This document shows positions 23,931 through 36,400 of a DNA stretch of 51,744 nt, piece by piece. This DNA is from Vicugna vicugna (Eukaryota): contig MU058687.1 in assembly GCA_013265495.1 (NCBI GenBank), positions 3,908,001 to 3,959,744 of the forward strand. The letters run 5' to 3'. A program made the position numbers and the translations under genes. The stretch's first letter is position 1, and every line of letters starts with the position of its first letter. The notes below the pieces were generated by a model. That model saw only the letters and a program-made list of their open reading frames with translations, did not search any database and had not been told where the DNA came from.

Positions 23931-25358
23931 TAGTGCAGCCAGCATTTGCTGAAAAAGAGTTCATGCATTTCCTTCCTTAGGAGATCCAGCTCCTTCCAAG
24001 AGGTTGAAGGGAGTAGATCGATAGATATATGCCAACAGGAGCAGAAAGTAAATGGTGGCCCTGGAGAGGGAGGGCTTGGGTGTTGCCGTTTGGTGTAGAT
24101 AGCTGAGGACCATCCAACATTAATGAGCACAAATGTGTGCACAGGCCGAAAACGTCTCTCCAGGGACCCTGGCGGCTCAAGCTTTGTTGGTGCCACTGGA
24201 AACCATGAATGAGAAAATCACTGACTTGCTCTTTCGGGCAATCTGGTTTATGGACCTGAAGCTCTTAGTTGTTGCCAGGCCATCCGTCTCCCCTGTGCTC
24301 CTGTGAGATAGTCTTGACACGGAACCCAGTACTGTCCTCCTTGCCAAGAGACTTGGCAATGGCCGTTACCTTTCCCCAAATTCTAAGACAGGGACAGACT
24401 GGTTAATGTGAGTGTGTCCAGTGGATGTGCAGTTTAGGAAGAATGATGGAGAAGTGTGTTGTGCACACCTGGCGATACACAAACACAGGATATTGTCACC
24501 ATCTCTTTCTTTCTTGAAGGCCCTTCTGATTTTATGATTTCCAGTCCTCTTCCTTGACCCCTAGAGTCAAAGCTCAAGCTAAGACATTTATTTCCCACCC
24601 CTTTCCGTGGTAAACAAATTATGCTGACAGACAAATGCAGGATTAAGAGGGGAGATTTGTGAGACAATGGGATTTTGGAAGCTCAAGCAAGCAGACAACA
24701 GCATTAGGCCGAGAGGGGGCGATTCAGATGGGGTGGGAGGTGATAGGGATAAATCTGCACAGTAACGAGGCCATGTCTGAGATGAGGCAGGGAGCTTAGA
24801 TGGAAGGAGAAACAATTTCTAAGATGCCACACAAAGAGCTCCCTGTTCGGAGCCGCTGGGTGCTTCTACACTTTCAGGTAATACTGTTTGGCTTTGGACA
24901 AGACACCTGACTTAACAGAGCCTCAGTTTCACCTTCTGTGCACTGGGTATACTACTTACCCTACTTACTTCTCTGGTTGGCTTTGAAAAAAAAATCATGT
25001 GGAAAAAATATTCTGAAAGCAGTAGAGTCATAAACATAATGTTATTACTTTCTAAATGTTCCTCTACCAATGTAGGACTCTTTCCTGTAGCATTTCTGCC
25101 ATGTACTTGTTTCTATGCCCCCATGTCCTGCCTAGACGAGTACTTTTAGTGGTGGAGAACTTACCAGCTTACCACTGCCTTTCATGCAGGTCTTTTTTTT
25201 TTTTTACATTTATTGATAGTTTTTAGGGAAAAATTTGCATTGAGCCAAGTATACCTAATCCTCACCATCATCGTCATCGTTACCTTCTAACATTCACGTA
25301 GTGCTCACTCTGTACCAGGCCTATTCTAGGTACTTCACGTATATTAATATTTGCTACA
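23837..25358 (+). repeat. Tandem duplication, copy 1 (1522 bp)
   Basis: Matches 25359-26880 at a constant offset of 1522 with three substitutions by manual comparison; the duplicated ORFs in the track are also offset by 1522. Confidence 0.98.
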
Positions 25359-26880
25359 AGAAAGAGAGAAGAAGAAGGAGGAGAAGTATGAGGAGAGGGG
25401 GTCAGGAGGGAAGAAATTGTGATCAAGGGAGAAACAGAGAAGAGGGAGAAATTAGTGCAGCCAGCATTTGCTGAAAAAGAGTTCATGCATTTCCTTCCTT
25501 AGGAGATCCAGCTCCTTCCAAGAGGTTGAAGGGAGTAGATCGATAGATATATGCCAACAGGAGCAGAAAGTAAATGGTGGCCCTGGAGAGGGAGGGCTTG
25601 AGTGTTGCCGTTTGGTGTAGATAGCTGAGGACCATCCAACATTAATGAGCACAAATGTGTGCACAGGCCGAAAACGTCTCTCCAGGGACCCTGGCGGCTC
25701 AAGCTTTGTTGGTGCCACTGGAAACCATGAATGAGAAAATCACTGACTTGCTCTTTCGGGCAATCTGGTTTATGGACCTGAAGCTCTTAGTTGTTGCCAG
25801 GCCATCCGTCTCCCCTGTGCTCCTGTGAGATAGTCTTGACACGGAACCCAGTACTGTCCTCCTTGCCAAGAGACTTGGCAATGGCCGTTACCTTTCCCCA
25901 AATTCTAAGACAGGGACAGACTGGTTAATGTGAGTGTGTCCAGTGGATGTGCAGTTTAGGAAGAATGATGGAGAAGTGTGTTGTGCACACCTGGCGATAC
26001 ACAAACACAGGATATTGTCACCATCTCTTTCTTTCTTGAAGGCCCTTCTGATTTTATGATTTCCAGTCCTCTTCCTTGACCCCTAGAGTCAAAGCTCAAG
26101 CTAAGACATTTATTTCCCACCCCTTTCCGTGGTAAACAAATTATGCTGACAGACAAATGCAGGATTAAGAGGGGAGATTTGTGAGACAATGGGATTTTGG
26201 AAGCTCAAGCAAGCAGACAACAGCATTAGGCCGAGAGGGGGCGATTCAGATGGGGTGGGAGGTGATAGGGATAAATCTGCACAGTAACGAGGCCATGTCT
26301 GAGATGAGGCAGGGAGCTTAGATGGAAGGAGAAACAATTTCTAAGATGCCACACAAAGAGCTCCCTGTTCGGAGCCGCTGGGTGCTTCTACACTTTCAGG
26401 TAATACTGTTTGGCTTTGGACAAGACACCTGACTTAACAGAGCCTCAGTTTCACCTTCTGTGCACTGGGTATACTACTTACCCTACTTACTTCTCTGGTT
26501 GGCTTTGAAAAAAAAATCATGTGGAAAAAATATTCTGAAAGCAGTAGAGTCATAAACATAATGTTATTACTTTCTAAATGTTCCTCTACCAATGTAGGAC
26601 TCTTTCCTGTAGCATTTCTGCCATGTACTTGTTTCTATGCCCCCATGTCCTGCCTAGACGAGTACTTTTAGTGGTGGAGAACTTACCAGCTTACCACTGC
26701 CTTTCATGCAGGTCTTTTTTTTTTTTTACATTTATTGATAGTTTTTAGGGAAAAATTTGCATTGAGCCAAGTATACCTAATCCTCACCATCATCATCATC
26801 GTTACCTTCTAACATTCACGTAGTGCTCACTCTGTACCAGGCCTATTCTAGGTACTTCACATATATTAATATTTGCTACA
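25359..26880 (+). repeat. Tandem duplication, copy 2 (1522 bp)
   Basis: Junction ...ttgctaca|agaaagagag at 25358/25359; this copy continues into native flank (tttattcctc) at 26881. Confidence 0.98.
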
Positions 26881-27030
26881 TTTATTCCTCTTAGCAACCC
26901 TGCAAGGTGGGTATGTTACTATTCTGATTTTACGTATAAGAAAACGGAGGCACAGAGGAGTTAAGTGACTTCATCTTAGGTCACGGGACTATAATTTTTA
27001 CCCACTAGTCCTTGCTTTTCTGTCCAGAGC
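26800..27030 (-). mobile_element. MIR spanning the right duplication boundary (copy 1 has only its first ~80 bp)
   Basis: tctaacattcacgtagtgctcactctgtaccaggcc...tcctcttagcaaccctgcaaggtgggt...attttacgtataagaaaacggaggcacagaggagttaagtgactt. Confidence 0.85.
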
Positions 27031-28044
27031 CAACCCGTACTGGAAGACTGCTATTTTGCCCTCTCTGAATCGTCCATTTGCCAAGACTCTCCCTTGGTCT
27101 CTTTAGTATGTTTGTCCTCCTGAAGTGTTGTTCGCAAAGAGGGTCCTGTTCTCCAAGAGCGCTTTGACCTATACAGTGACCTATTGCATTGCTGAGTCTC
27201 CTTGTGCCTGCTGCTGCTGGTCTGCTAGGAGCTTGGGGAGGGGGCACCATAAAGAAGAAAGGATGTATTCAAGCTGGGTGCCCCTGGAAAGTGGTCAGAT
27301 AGCGTGTTCTGGTCCACTGGCCGCATCTGCCAGATGACAGGGATTGGGATCAGCTGTGACCTAATTATGAGTCTCATAAACCTGCATTGTGTCCTTCATT
27401 TTCCAGCTCATTGACCACCCAGGGAGGGGGGGAAATGGATGGGATTCTGGTCAAGTCTTCCCTGTCACTACCATGTGGCCAAGGTCACAGGCCAGTGATG
27501 TCCAGAGGGAGCTGAGGGAGTGAGGTCTTTGTTGTTCTCTCTGAGTGAAGCTGGCGGGGAATGAGGCAGAAGAAAAGGAGAATCAGCAGACATTCAGGCC
27601 TTATAAAAGCTCACTGGATTGGAATGTCTTCTCCAGGCCTCTGCAGTCAGGAATTCCTGATTTGGCATTCTGAGACTGTCAAGATAGCAAATTAATATGA
27701 TACAACTCCATATATGTGAATATAGTACATGAAACTATCAATATCTGGCATATATCATGTGTTTTATGATTATTTGGGAACGAAGACTGATATGAAATTG
27801 TGCTAAGAATGCAGTTTTACATGCAGAATGCCCCAACTCCTTACCCCAAATCAAACCTGTAATCCCTGTCATACAGGTGTGTGATCTTCAAACTTCCTCC
27901 TTCGAAAGATAGCATCCATGAATCACTAGGGAAGTCTATGGAATTCTCAGTTGGAAATGTGTCTGAAAAAGTCTCCTCCTTCCTCACCTATAAGAAAAAA
28001 GTTACTAATTTCTCTGTGAAATCCAACCATGGGAACTCTAGCCC

Positions 28045-28295
28045 CAGTAGGATGTTGCAAAAAGCGTATGGCCTTTGGGACCTCACAGGTGCCAGATTTA
28101 AATCCTGCCTCTGTGACTTACTATTTGAGCAACATTGACCCTGAGCAGGTTACTTATCTCTCCAAGCCTCTGTTTACTTACCAGTCAAATTTTGGAATAA
28201 ATCATAGTAACCTGCAAGGTTGTTTTAAATTTAGGATGACATGAAATAGTATACTGACATACATTATAGAAGCTCTATCACACAGTAACAGTTTA
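28045..28295 (+). mobile_element. MIR SINE
   Basis: tttaaatcctgcctctgtgacttactatttgagcaacattgaccctgagcaggttacttatctctccaagcctctgttt. Confidence 0.7.
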
Positions 28296-28772
28296 AGAAG
28301 AGAAACTCTTCCCAACTTCCATTTATCTAACGTGTAGAGTATGAGATGGTGTGACCGACCATACAGTGGTGAGGTCTAGGGCAGTGATCCCCAGATTTTT
28401 CAATTTTTAATACTGGGAACAAATTTAGGACTGCTAAGATTTTTGTAAAACATTTTAAAAACAAATGCCATCTAGTAACATACTTCAAAAGACATGTTAA
28501 CATCCCTAAAAAATTCAGCCTGTCTCAAATTAAAATTAAACAAGGTTATGCATATGAAGTACCTAGTACAGTACTTAGCATTTGATAAGCACTTAAAAAG
28601 TCGCTAAGTATTATGTTTAGTATATTAGTTTTGGGATTGATGTAGTATAGATACTGAAAATCAAATCCAAATTCCCTAATATGACAACATATAAATGGGC
28701 TTTTACACACAGATACACCATTTCTACCAGCCCTCAATATGCAGCTACTTACAGACACACCCTAACTCCTGC

Positions 28773-28835
28773 CCAGGGGTCTCAGACATAAATGTCCACA
28801 GGAGCTGGGTGGATAATGTCATTAAGTAAGGAAAC
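28773..28835. mobile_element. hAT-Charlie MER terminal fragment (MER102-like)
   Basis: caggggtctcagacataaatgtccacaggagctggg resembles a Charlie-family MER terminus; subfamily uncertain. Confidence 0.35.
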
Positions 28836-30612
28836 TCTTGGCATGGGGTCAGTCTATCTTTTGTCTTCCATTGTTCATTTAGAGATGAATTCAAGCTCTC
28901 AATAAATAATAATGGTCAACATTTATAATGATTAAGAAGCATATCATCTTGTTATAGACCCAAGAATATGTTTGTGTGAAGGCATAACTTTGCCATGTGT
29001 GAAAATTAGTTTGGAAAATCTGTATGGACTCACCCATCATAATGATTACATTTCAACCCTCTCTGTGGTTTTGTCTTTACTTATATTTGTGGCCAGTTCT
29101 GGTTCTGCACAGCAAGTCTGTAAAGGGAAGTACCCTCTCAGATGATGCTTTCAGAACTAAAGGATGCTTAGCAAGTGATGGGGAACTACTTCACATAGTT
29201 GACCTTCATATATTCGCCTATGTTTCTCTGGGGATGTTGTACATTTTATATCCCAGCCCCACCCCTCTCCCTCAGCCACTCCAAGCTTTTATGGACTGTC
29301 TTCCAACCAACCTGATTAGTAGAAATTCCAAATGAATCTCATCTTTGGATTACCCCCTTTTGGAGGAAAGCTGTTGCTCTTCCTCTGATGATATGAAGGG
29401 AGTCAGCCTTACATAGGGGATCTTGGAAGGGGAGAGGTTTGACACCTAGAGGTGAAATGACATTCAGTGTTGTAGTAAGATGGATTTTTTTTAGAAAAAG
29501 TTCTAAATGCTGATAAAGTCCAAATCATGCCAAATTAAAAACCATAATCAAACCAGTTTAATATAAAAACAGAACATACCTAAGATCCAGATTTTTTATG
29601 TCAGAATTTAAGAGTAGTGTCAGCATAGATTGAAATTAAAAAGCTGACATAACTTTTCAGCCTGTGGAATTTTCCTTTTCTAGATGTGAGATGCCTGCAA
29701 AGGAAGTAGAAAGGCAGTGTTCTTTTCTTTCGCTCGTCTCCTGGGAGGTGGATCTCAGTGTTTCTGTCCCTTAGTCCTAGCTGTTTTGAATAGACTGCTG
29801 CCAGGACAGTCACTTAGCACAAAAAGTGGAGACCGCATAGCAGAGCTGCTTTCCACTAAGCTGTACCTTTTGAGGTCTCATTGGTGTTGGTGGTTAAAAC
29901 CAACCTTCGTGGAGCTGTTGCTCTGAGAAAGACACACTTGGGTTGCCCACTCTTGGTCTAACATAGGTTTTTGAGAGGTGGTTTTTCAGCCATTCTCTTT
30001 CGTTCATTGAAAGCAGAGTCAGAAGAAATACTTAACTCCTCGTCACATAGAAACCCATGTCCAGCCTATTTGGCTGCTTGGGTAAAGGGAGTGAGACCAT
30101 ACTGACTTGAAAAAAGCTTTCCATTTTCATTGTGTTTTCTTTCCATTCTTCAAACTTAATGATAAGGGAGTAGGGAAAAAAAATCACAGTCATCCAGATG
30201 GTTTAGATGTAACCTTAGGTAAAGGCTGGGATGGGGGAAAGAAGGCAACGGCTTATCTCCCTGTAGCTACTGAAAGAATATTTGCAGTCCTGCAAGCTAA
30301 CTCCTTAACCATTTAGGTATATTTCTCTTCTGTCTAGAGCCAACCTAATAAAATATATGGTTCCTGCCCTGAGATGCAGATAGAGTTATCTCTGGGCTAT
30401 CATATGTATTTATTGTGAAGTACATGAATAAATCACCACCCAGATCGAGCAAATTTATTGCTATTAAAAATTAACATAGACATTTTGTTTTCTTTTATCA
30501 CCATCATTTTCCCTTTAATGAAATAACACTGTGGCATACGACCTAATAGCCTGAGGTGCCTCGGAGGGCGAGGTGTATTTTGCTAATTCTTTAACTTAAT
30601 CAGACTGGCATC

Positions 30613-30626
30613 TCTGTAGGGGGCGC
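30613..30626 (+). promoter_or_regulatory. Candidate CTCF-binding site
   Basis: tctgtagggggcgc matches 12 of 14 positions of CCRSYAGRKGGCRS, in unique sequence with the CpG retained. Confidence 0.35.
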
Positions 30627-32143
30627 ATCTCTTCCAAGTAAGTCGCTCTGAAGCAAAAGCAGGATGGATTGGTCCATAGAATTTGGAAGCAATTATCTAG
30701 TTGGCTTCTTTTCAGAAGTTCAGCACCCTTTATGAGGAGCCTGGAATATCCCGAAAAAAAATTCTTGTTTTTTTTTTCTCTTTATTTCATCAAACGTTAT
30801 GTGTATGTGTGTATATGTGTATGTGCATGCGTGTGTGTATGTGCTGGGGGGAAGTGGCATGTTGGCACCCCACTGAGATGTCATTATAGCTTCTCTTGTC
30901 AATTTTCATTCCAACTCTACTGGAATGAGTGAAATTGACAACTTCCAGGCAGATACCCAGAAGGAGTCTTTAGACCCTAGAGAGTGAAGTACATATTGTG
31001 GCTAATTTTACTTATGAGGAAGATAATTAAGAGATTTCTTAAATGCTGAAACGGAAGCTGAGCTCTTGCTCTCCAAAGCAAGGCACACAGATTCCAATGG
31101 CAACTTGGCTTGTTTCCACCATGTGTGTCTCCACAGGAAAAGGAGAAGAGATTGAATACCTACTGTGTATCAGGCTTTTTACCTATTATCTTGGTTAATT
31201 TCAGTGAACAAGAAAACAGTGTTTCCCCTAAATTGCAACAAAAACTACAAATCTTAAAATTTCTTTAGTGGCACTGTTGAGTCTTCCCAGAGAATGATTG
31301 AAAGAGCTCTTGAATTCTTACATTAGGGACTAGGAACAAGCCTGGAGGGGAACTCTGCTACTTGGGGATCATGTGGATGCTCTGCAGAGGAGGACGCAGA
31401 CACCGAGTGCTTTAAGGTTCCCCCTGCTCATTTCTCACCCCCTTTTAAGGGTGAGAGTTGCATGAATCCCTGACTGGCACCATTGCTGTTGGCCCCTTGT
31501 CACCCTCCCCCGTGGCCCCATCAGCCTGGGCAGACTCTTCTCCCAAAGAACCTTATATGATTAGAAATCAGCAACCACTGGTAATTAGACCATCCACGGA
31601 ACCCGCCCACCCTACCGCTTTCCTCATTTCTGCCTCAGCACTATATTTTACTCCCGTTTACTGATAGCACAGTCTTACCAAGAGTAGCACATCAATTTAG
31701 GAGTGAGGGCTTGAGCCCTCAGCAAAATAAACAGAGTCACGGGAAACGGAAACAATTTCCACTAATGAACCGGATTGAGTCTCCAGGGATTATTTAGGTA
31801 TTTAATTTTTATTCTTAGTTTTTTAAAATGTTGTGTGACAGACTGCCAAAATACCAACTGTCATAGCCTCTTCAATGTTATGCATGTTTACCAGAGGGAA
31901 GCCTACCATCTCACAAGATACTTGAAATTGGGAGCGGGGAGTCAGCTGGCAACATTTCCCCAGGTTTCGATTAGTACAATTGCAGATTTTTAAAATATTT
32001 GTTTCATTTGGAGAATTTTCCACCCCAGGGTTCTGGAGTTTTGATGTGACATATTTTCTTTTGAATTTGGGGGACCACCTTCTGTAAGAATGGAAACATT
32101 AAGTAGGTGGTTTTCTCTTCTTACCCTTTGAAAATATAAACTG

Positions 32144-32620
32144 CATTCATTTATTCCACAAATAGTTATTCAGGGTCTGTTATGTACCAGACACTGTTTT
32201 AGGGGCCTAGAATACATCAATGAACAAAAAGATAAAAACATTTCTTCATTTTGTAGAGCTTACATTCTGGTAGAGGGAGAGAGGGGCAATAAAAAAATAA
32301 AAACTATAAGTAATTGACTTTATAATATGTTATATGGTTATAAGCACTATAGAAAAAGACAAAGCATATCAGGTTAAGCTGATAGCGCTAGGTAGGAGAG
32401 GAAGGAGACGTTTGATCCAAAGGTGAGGGAGTTAGAGATATAGACATTGGGGAAGATAAGACCAGCATGTCTGGAGCAGAGTGAAGAAGGGGGAGAGTTA
32501 AATGCTGGGAGTCAGAGCACGTGGGGCCTTTTTGGCCATTGAAGGGACGTCAGCTTTTACTCTGAGTTGACATGGAGCCATCACAGAGTCTTGAACGGAT
32601 GACCAACGTGAGTTAACATG
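32144..32620 (-). mobile_element. LINE-2 3' fragment
   Basis: cattcatttattccacaaatagttattcagggtctgttatgtaccagacactgttttaggggcctagaatacatcaatgaacaaaaagat...agcttttactctgagttgacatggagcca. Confidence 0.85.
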
Positions 32621-33219
32621 AGATGCTTGCTTCGGCTTCCATAATCTTAATGGACCAAAACCAGTCTTCTTACCCCATGGTCCCAGTTTTCTATGTGTAA
32701 TTATGTCATCGGATCAAATGGATCTCACTGACTTTGGCATTGAGCCATTGCTGGACATTCCTGATGAGGTGTTAGAGCATCTAGACCCACCTGCTATTCA
32801 CTCTGAAGCTCCTTATGCCAAGTTTTCTTGGTAAAATGCAGCAGGGTATAGTGCCTAGGAAAAGGACCATAGAAAAGGTAATATGTTTACCTCCGAGCAC
32901 AAGGTTTGATTACCTTTGTCATTTTTCCAGCCAACACGGCCACAAACATAATTAGTGGTTATATAATTATGTTATCACATTGTCTGAGGACTCATTACCC
33001 CTTAACTCATAAATCTGCCTTGCCATCTTTCCATGACCCTCCTAAAGAATGCATCTACCCACCATCTACATAATGAAAGAAGCCACAAGCCCCAGCCTTG
33101 GAGGACTTGTATTGATTTGTACCAAGAGAGAAGCTATCACTTGCTGTTCTCACTAACCTGGAAATAGACACCACATTTTATATGCCACTCTGTTTCCTTT
33201 TGTAGATCTACATAGTAAA

Positions 33220-33360
33220 TCCATTAATTTATCTGTCTATTCATCCATTCATTCATTCACCCATCTTCTCATTCATTCATCTGCCCATCCATCTATCCAT
33301 CTATCTGTCCAACTTCTATTTATTGAGGGACTATTTTGTGCCAGGTATCATACTGGGAGG
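33220..33360 (-). mobile_element. L2 3' tail with expanded (CATT/CCAT)n simple repeat
   Basis: tcatccattcattcattcacccatc...tatttattgagggactattttgtgccaggtatcatactggg. Confidence 0.7.
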
Positions 33361-33369
33361 CAATATTTT

Positions 33370-33545
33370 TCATAGTTAGATGCATGGACCATAGCCTCAA
33401 ACTGCCTGGAGTTTAATCCTGCCCATGGCTTTAGCTATAGGACCTTAAAGTTATATTATTGAGCTTCAGTTTCCTTATCTGTAGGATTAAAACAACAACC
33501 AAAGCTATATCATGAAGTTGTTATTAAGATCACAAAGTTAATTGA
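33370..33545 (+). mobile_element. MIR SINE
   Basis: aactgcctggagtttaatcctg...agctataggacctt...gagcttcagtttccttatctgtag. Confidence 0.7.
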
Positions 33546-34394
33546 TCCAGGGCAGTTTCCTTTTGTCCCAGAGGAGTAGTTTTAGTTGTTTGAGTTTGCA
33601 TTCAATCCTTTCTCCTTTCCCTTTTTCATCAGTTCAGTCCTTACCAGTTCATCCAGCAGCATATCAAGGACGCAGCATGTATTATGTGTTCAGGAGAGGG
33701 TTGGGGTTTTGTGAGAAATGGGAGGTGTAGATGTGTCCCTAGCATCTAACACAGTGCTTGGCCCATGCACTGTGCCCAGTATACATTTCATGGACCAAAT
33801 GCAAATCCCTGTCCTTGAGGAGTGTTCAATGTGTCTGCATAAGGCCAGTGCCAGATGGGCGTGTCAGGGGGGCAGCCAGCCAGCCAAGGACAGAGAGCAG
33901 AGCAAGAACAATTGAGCACATGCAGAGGGAGATGATCCTCCAGCTGCTTCTGCTGGCCTGGAAATTGAAAGTGATTTCTTGCTGGGATTGGCTCTTTTGT
34001 TCTGTGGCTTGATTTCTGTCTTTGTGTCAATGACTTGTCTGACATTTCTAGGACTCTGTTCTGGTACATGGTCCAGGCAGCTGGGTATCCCAGTGGGGAA
34101 CTATGTATGTCTCTGTGTATATTCAAGAAAGAGTTAAACCTTGGACAAACAGGGCCAGGTTTTTGTTTTGACTTTGGGGTATGTTTGATATTATCTTTGG
34201 GTCATTCTTCCTCGCACTCCTAATTGGAGTAAGGGTAATAAGGGCTTGGCTTACAGGACTTACAGCTTTGCAAGACATAGTGGTGACCTTATACTTAAAC
34301 TTGCTGTGATCCGTCTTAGTGCAAAGGCATGAGAAAGCTTCTAGAAAAATGTCACATTTAAGGTGATAATCACATGGTGACTTCAGTGTCTGTG

Positions 34395-34640
34395 TGGATT
34401 AAATATGGGGGACTCTGGAGCCAGACTGCCTGGTTTCAAATCATGGCTCTGTCTTTTATTGGTCATGTAACTTTGGACAATGTTATTAGCTTTTCTGTGT
34501 CTTCGTTTTATTGCTGTAAAATGGTTTTAATAATTATAAACTACCTCATTGGATAGTTGAGAGGATTAAGTGAGAAAATATTTTTAAAGCACTTGAATCC
34601 TTGGCTCGTAAGTAGTATTCAATATATGTTTGCTATTATT
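34395..34640 (+). mobile_element. MIR SINE
   Basis: ggactctggagccagactgcctggtttcaaatcatggctctgtc...gctgtaaaatgg...ctacctcattggatagttgagaggattaagtgag. Confidence 0.88.
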
Positions 34641-35019
34641 TCTCTTCCTCCTCCTTCCACCCTTTCCTTCTTGTTTTTAGTACTACCACCATCACTATTT
34701 AGAATGTTATTATGAAGATTCAATTAGATAATGTTTGTGTAGGTAGGTAACTGCCTAGCACAGTGCCTGGCACAGATAAGCACTGAACAAATGTTAGTTT
34801 TCTTTCATTTGGGCCTCTAAGTCCATTCTTAGTCTCTCAGGGACATTCTCACCGTCTTCCCCAAACCTAATGCAGAACATTCACATTTCTGGTGCAAAGA
34901 GGAATCTCAATTCAACTGAAAAACTAGGCCTCTCTTTTCTTCCCTCTGCTCCCTATGATAAAATGCAGGACAGGTATTTGTTTATAACTTGTGATTTTGT
35001 GTTGAATGAAAATAGTAAC

Positions 35020-35621
35020 TGTCTATTAGCTGTCTTTTACTATCTCACACATTACGACAAACTTAGCAGCTTAAAACATCACACATTTATTATCTAACTG
35101 TTTCTGAAAGTCAGAATTTGCTTGACTAGGTCCTCTGCTTAGGGTCTTTCACAGGTTGCAACAAAGGTTTCAGCCAGGGCTGGGGTCTCATCTGAAGGCT
35201 CAGTTGGAGAAGGATCTACTTCCAAGCTTGCCTGGATGTTGGCACAGTTCTATTTCTGGAGTGTTGTTGGATTGAAGGTCTCAGTTCCTAGTGGCTGTTA
35301 GGCTGGAGACTGTCCTCACTTCCTTGTCATGTGGGTTTCTCCACCATGGTAGTTTTCTTCATCAAAGCCAGCAAAAGGGGTAGGGGAGGGCAAGAAGGAG
35401 GAAGAGAGAGAAAGTGAGAGAGATTGAAGAGGGGGCAATGCTAACAAGATGGAAGTTGCCATCTTATGTAATCACAGAAATGACATCCCAACACCTTTGC
35501 CATATTCTATTAGTTAGAAGTAAGCTATCAGTTCCACCTACACTCAGAAGGAGGAGTTTGTACAAGGATGTAATTACTTGGAGATGGGCACCATTGAGGG
35601 CCACCTTTGTCTGTCTGCCAT
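35020..35621 (-). mobile_element. ERVL-MaLR solo LTR (MLT1E/F-like)
   Basis: acaaacttagcagcttaaaacatcacacatttattatc...ggctggggtctcatctgaaggctc...acctttgccatattctattagttagaagtaagc...gggccacctttgtctgtctgcca. Confidence 0.85.
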
Positions 35622-36228
35622 AGCATGTCTGACCTCTTGGTTGTCTTTCAGAAGCTTCATTTTGTGTAAGTTTAGTTCCTTTTTTTTTTTCAAACCTCAG
35701 TCCACAGAATCCAGTTTATCAGAGCAGGTCTGAGTGGTATAGCTGTCCTTTAATTTTGCAGCAGAATTCTGGAAACTATGATTTCTAGAAACTTACAGTT
35801 TTGCTGTACTCCCACCCCCCCACCCCCCGTAACTAGAAACCTATGTTTCCATTAATGAATATTATGATTTCAGGAATGCTTTGTCTTCCTTCTGATTGAT
35901 TGTCATTGGGCAGTCACTCCTAACAAAGAGAACAGTTTTAAATTTCTTTTCCTCCTCAGCCTCTCCGTTAAGTAGTTAATGATCTGGAAGCAAGTACCTG
36001 AGGTGCTAGGGGCGTTCCTATTTTAAGGTACACTTTTATAAAGAGAAACTGCCTTCTACAGTGATAAAGTGAGGATGGTTAATCCCTAATTTATCTATTT
36101 AGTAAATCTGGATATCTGGACATCCAGTTTGTTTGTTTCTTCCCCTACAAATGGATGAGTTGAGAGGAAAGTACAGGATAGTACTATGAGCATCGGTCTG
36201 GAAAAGTCTTTATCTCCCTTTAGGATTC

Positions 36229-36400
36229 TTTTTTTTTTTTTTTTACATTTTTATTGATTCATAATCATTTTACAGTGTTGTGTCAAATTCCAGTGTTCAG
36301 TACAATTTTTCAGTCATACATGGACATATACACACTCATTGTCACATTTTTTTCTCTGTGATTTATCATAACATTTTGTGTATATTTCCCTGTGCTATAC
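36229..36400 (-). mobile_element. Very young, short 5'-truncated LINE-1 3' end with perfect TSD
   Basis: Poly-T plus L1 3'UTR; perfect TSD ctccctttaggattct at 36214-36229 and 36400-36415; empty site TTCT/AA resembles the L1 endonuclease TTTT/AA consensus. Confidence 0.96.

Noticed and set aside
25193..25217. T13-acatttattgat resembling the extreme tip of the young L1
   Set aside because: It is too short and has no TSD, so it cannot be distinguished from a plain T-run.
23930..26337. Duplicated set of identical short ORFs resembling a gene pair
   Set aside because: They simply follow from the 1522-bp DNA duplication; the peptides show no protein-like features.
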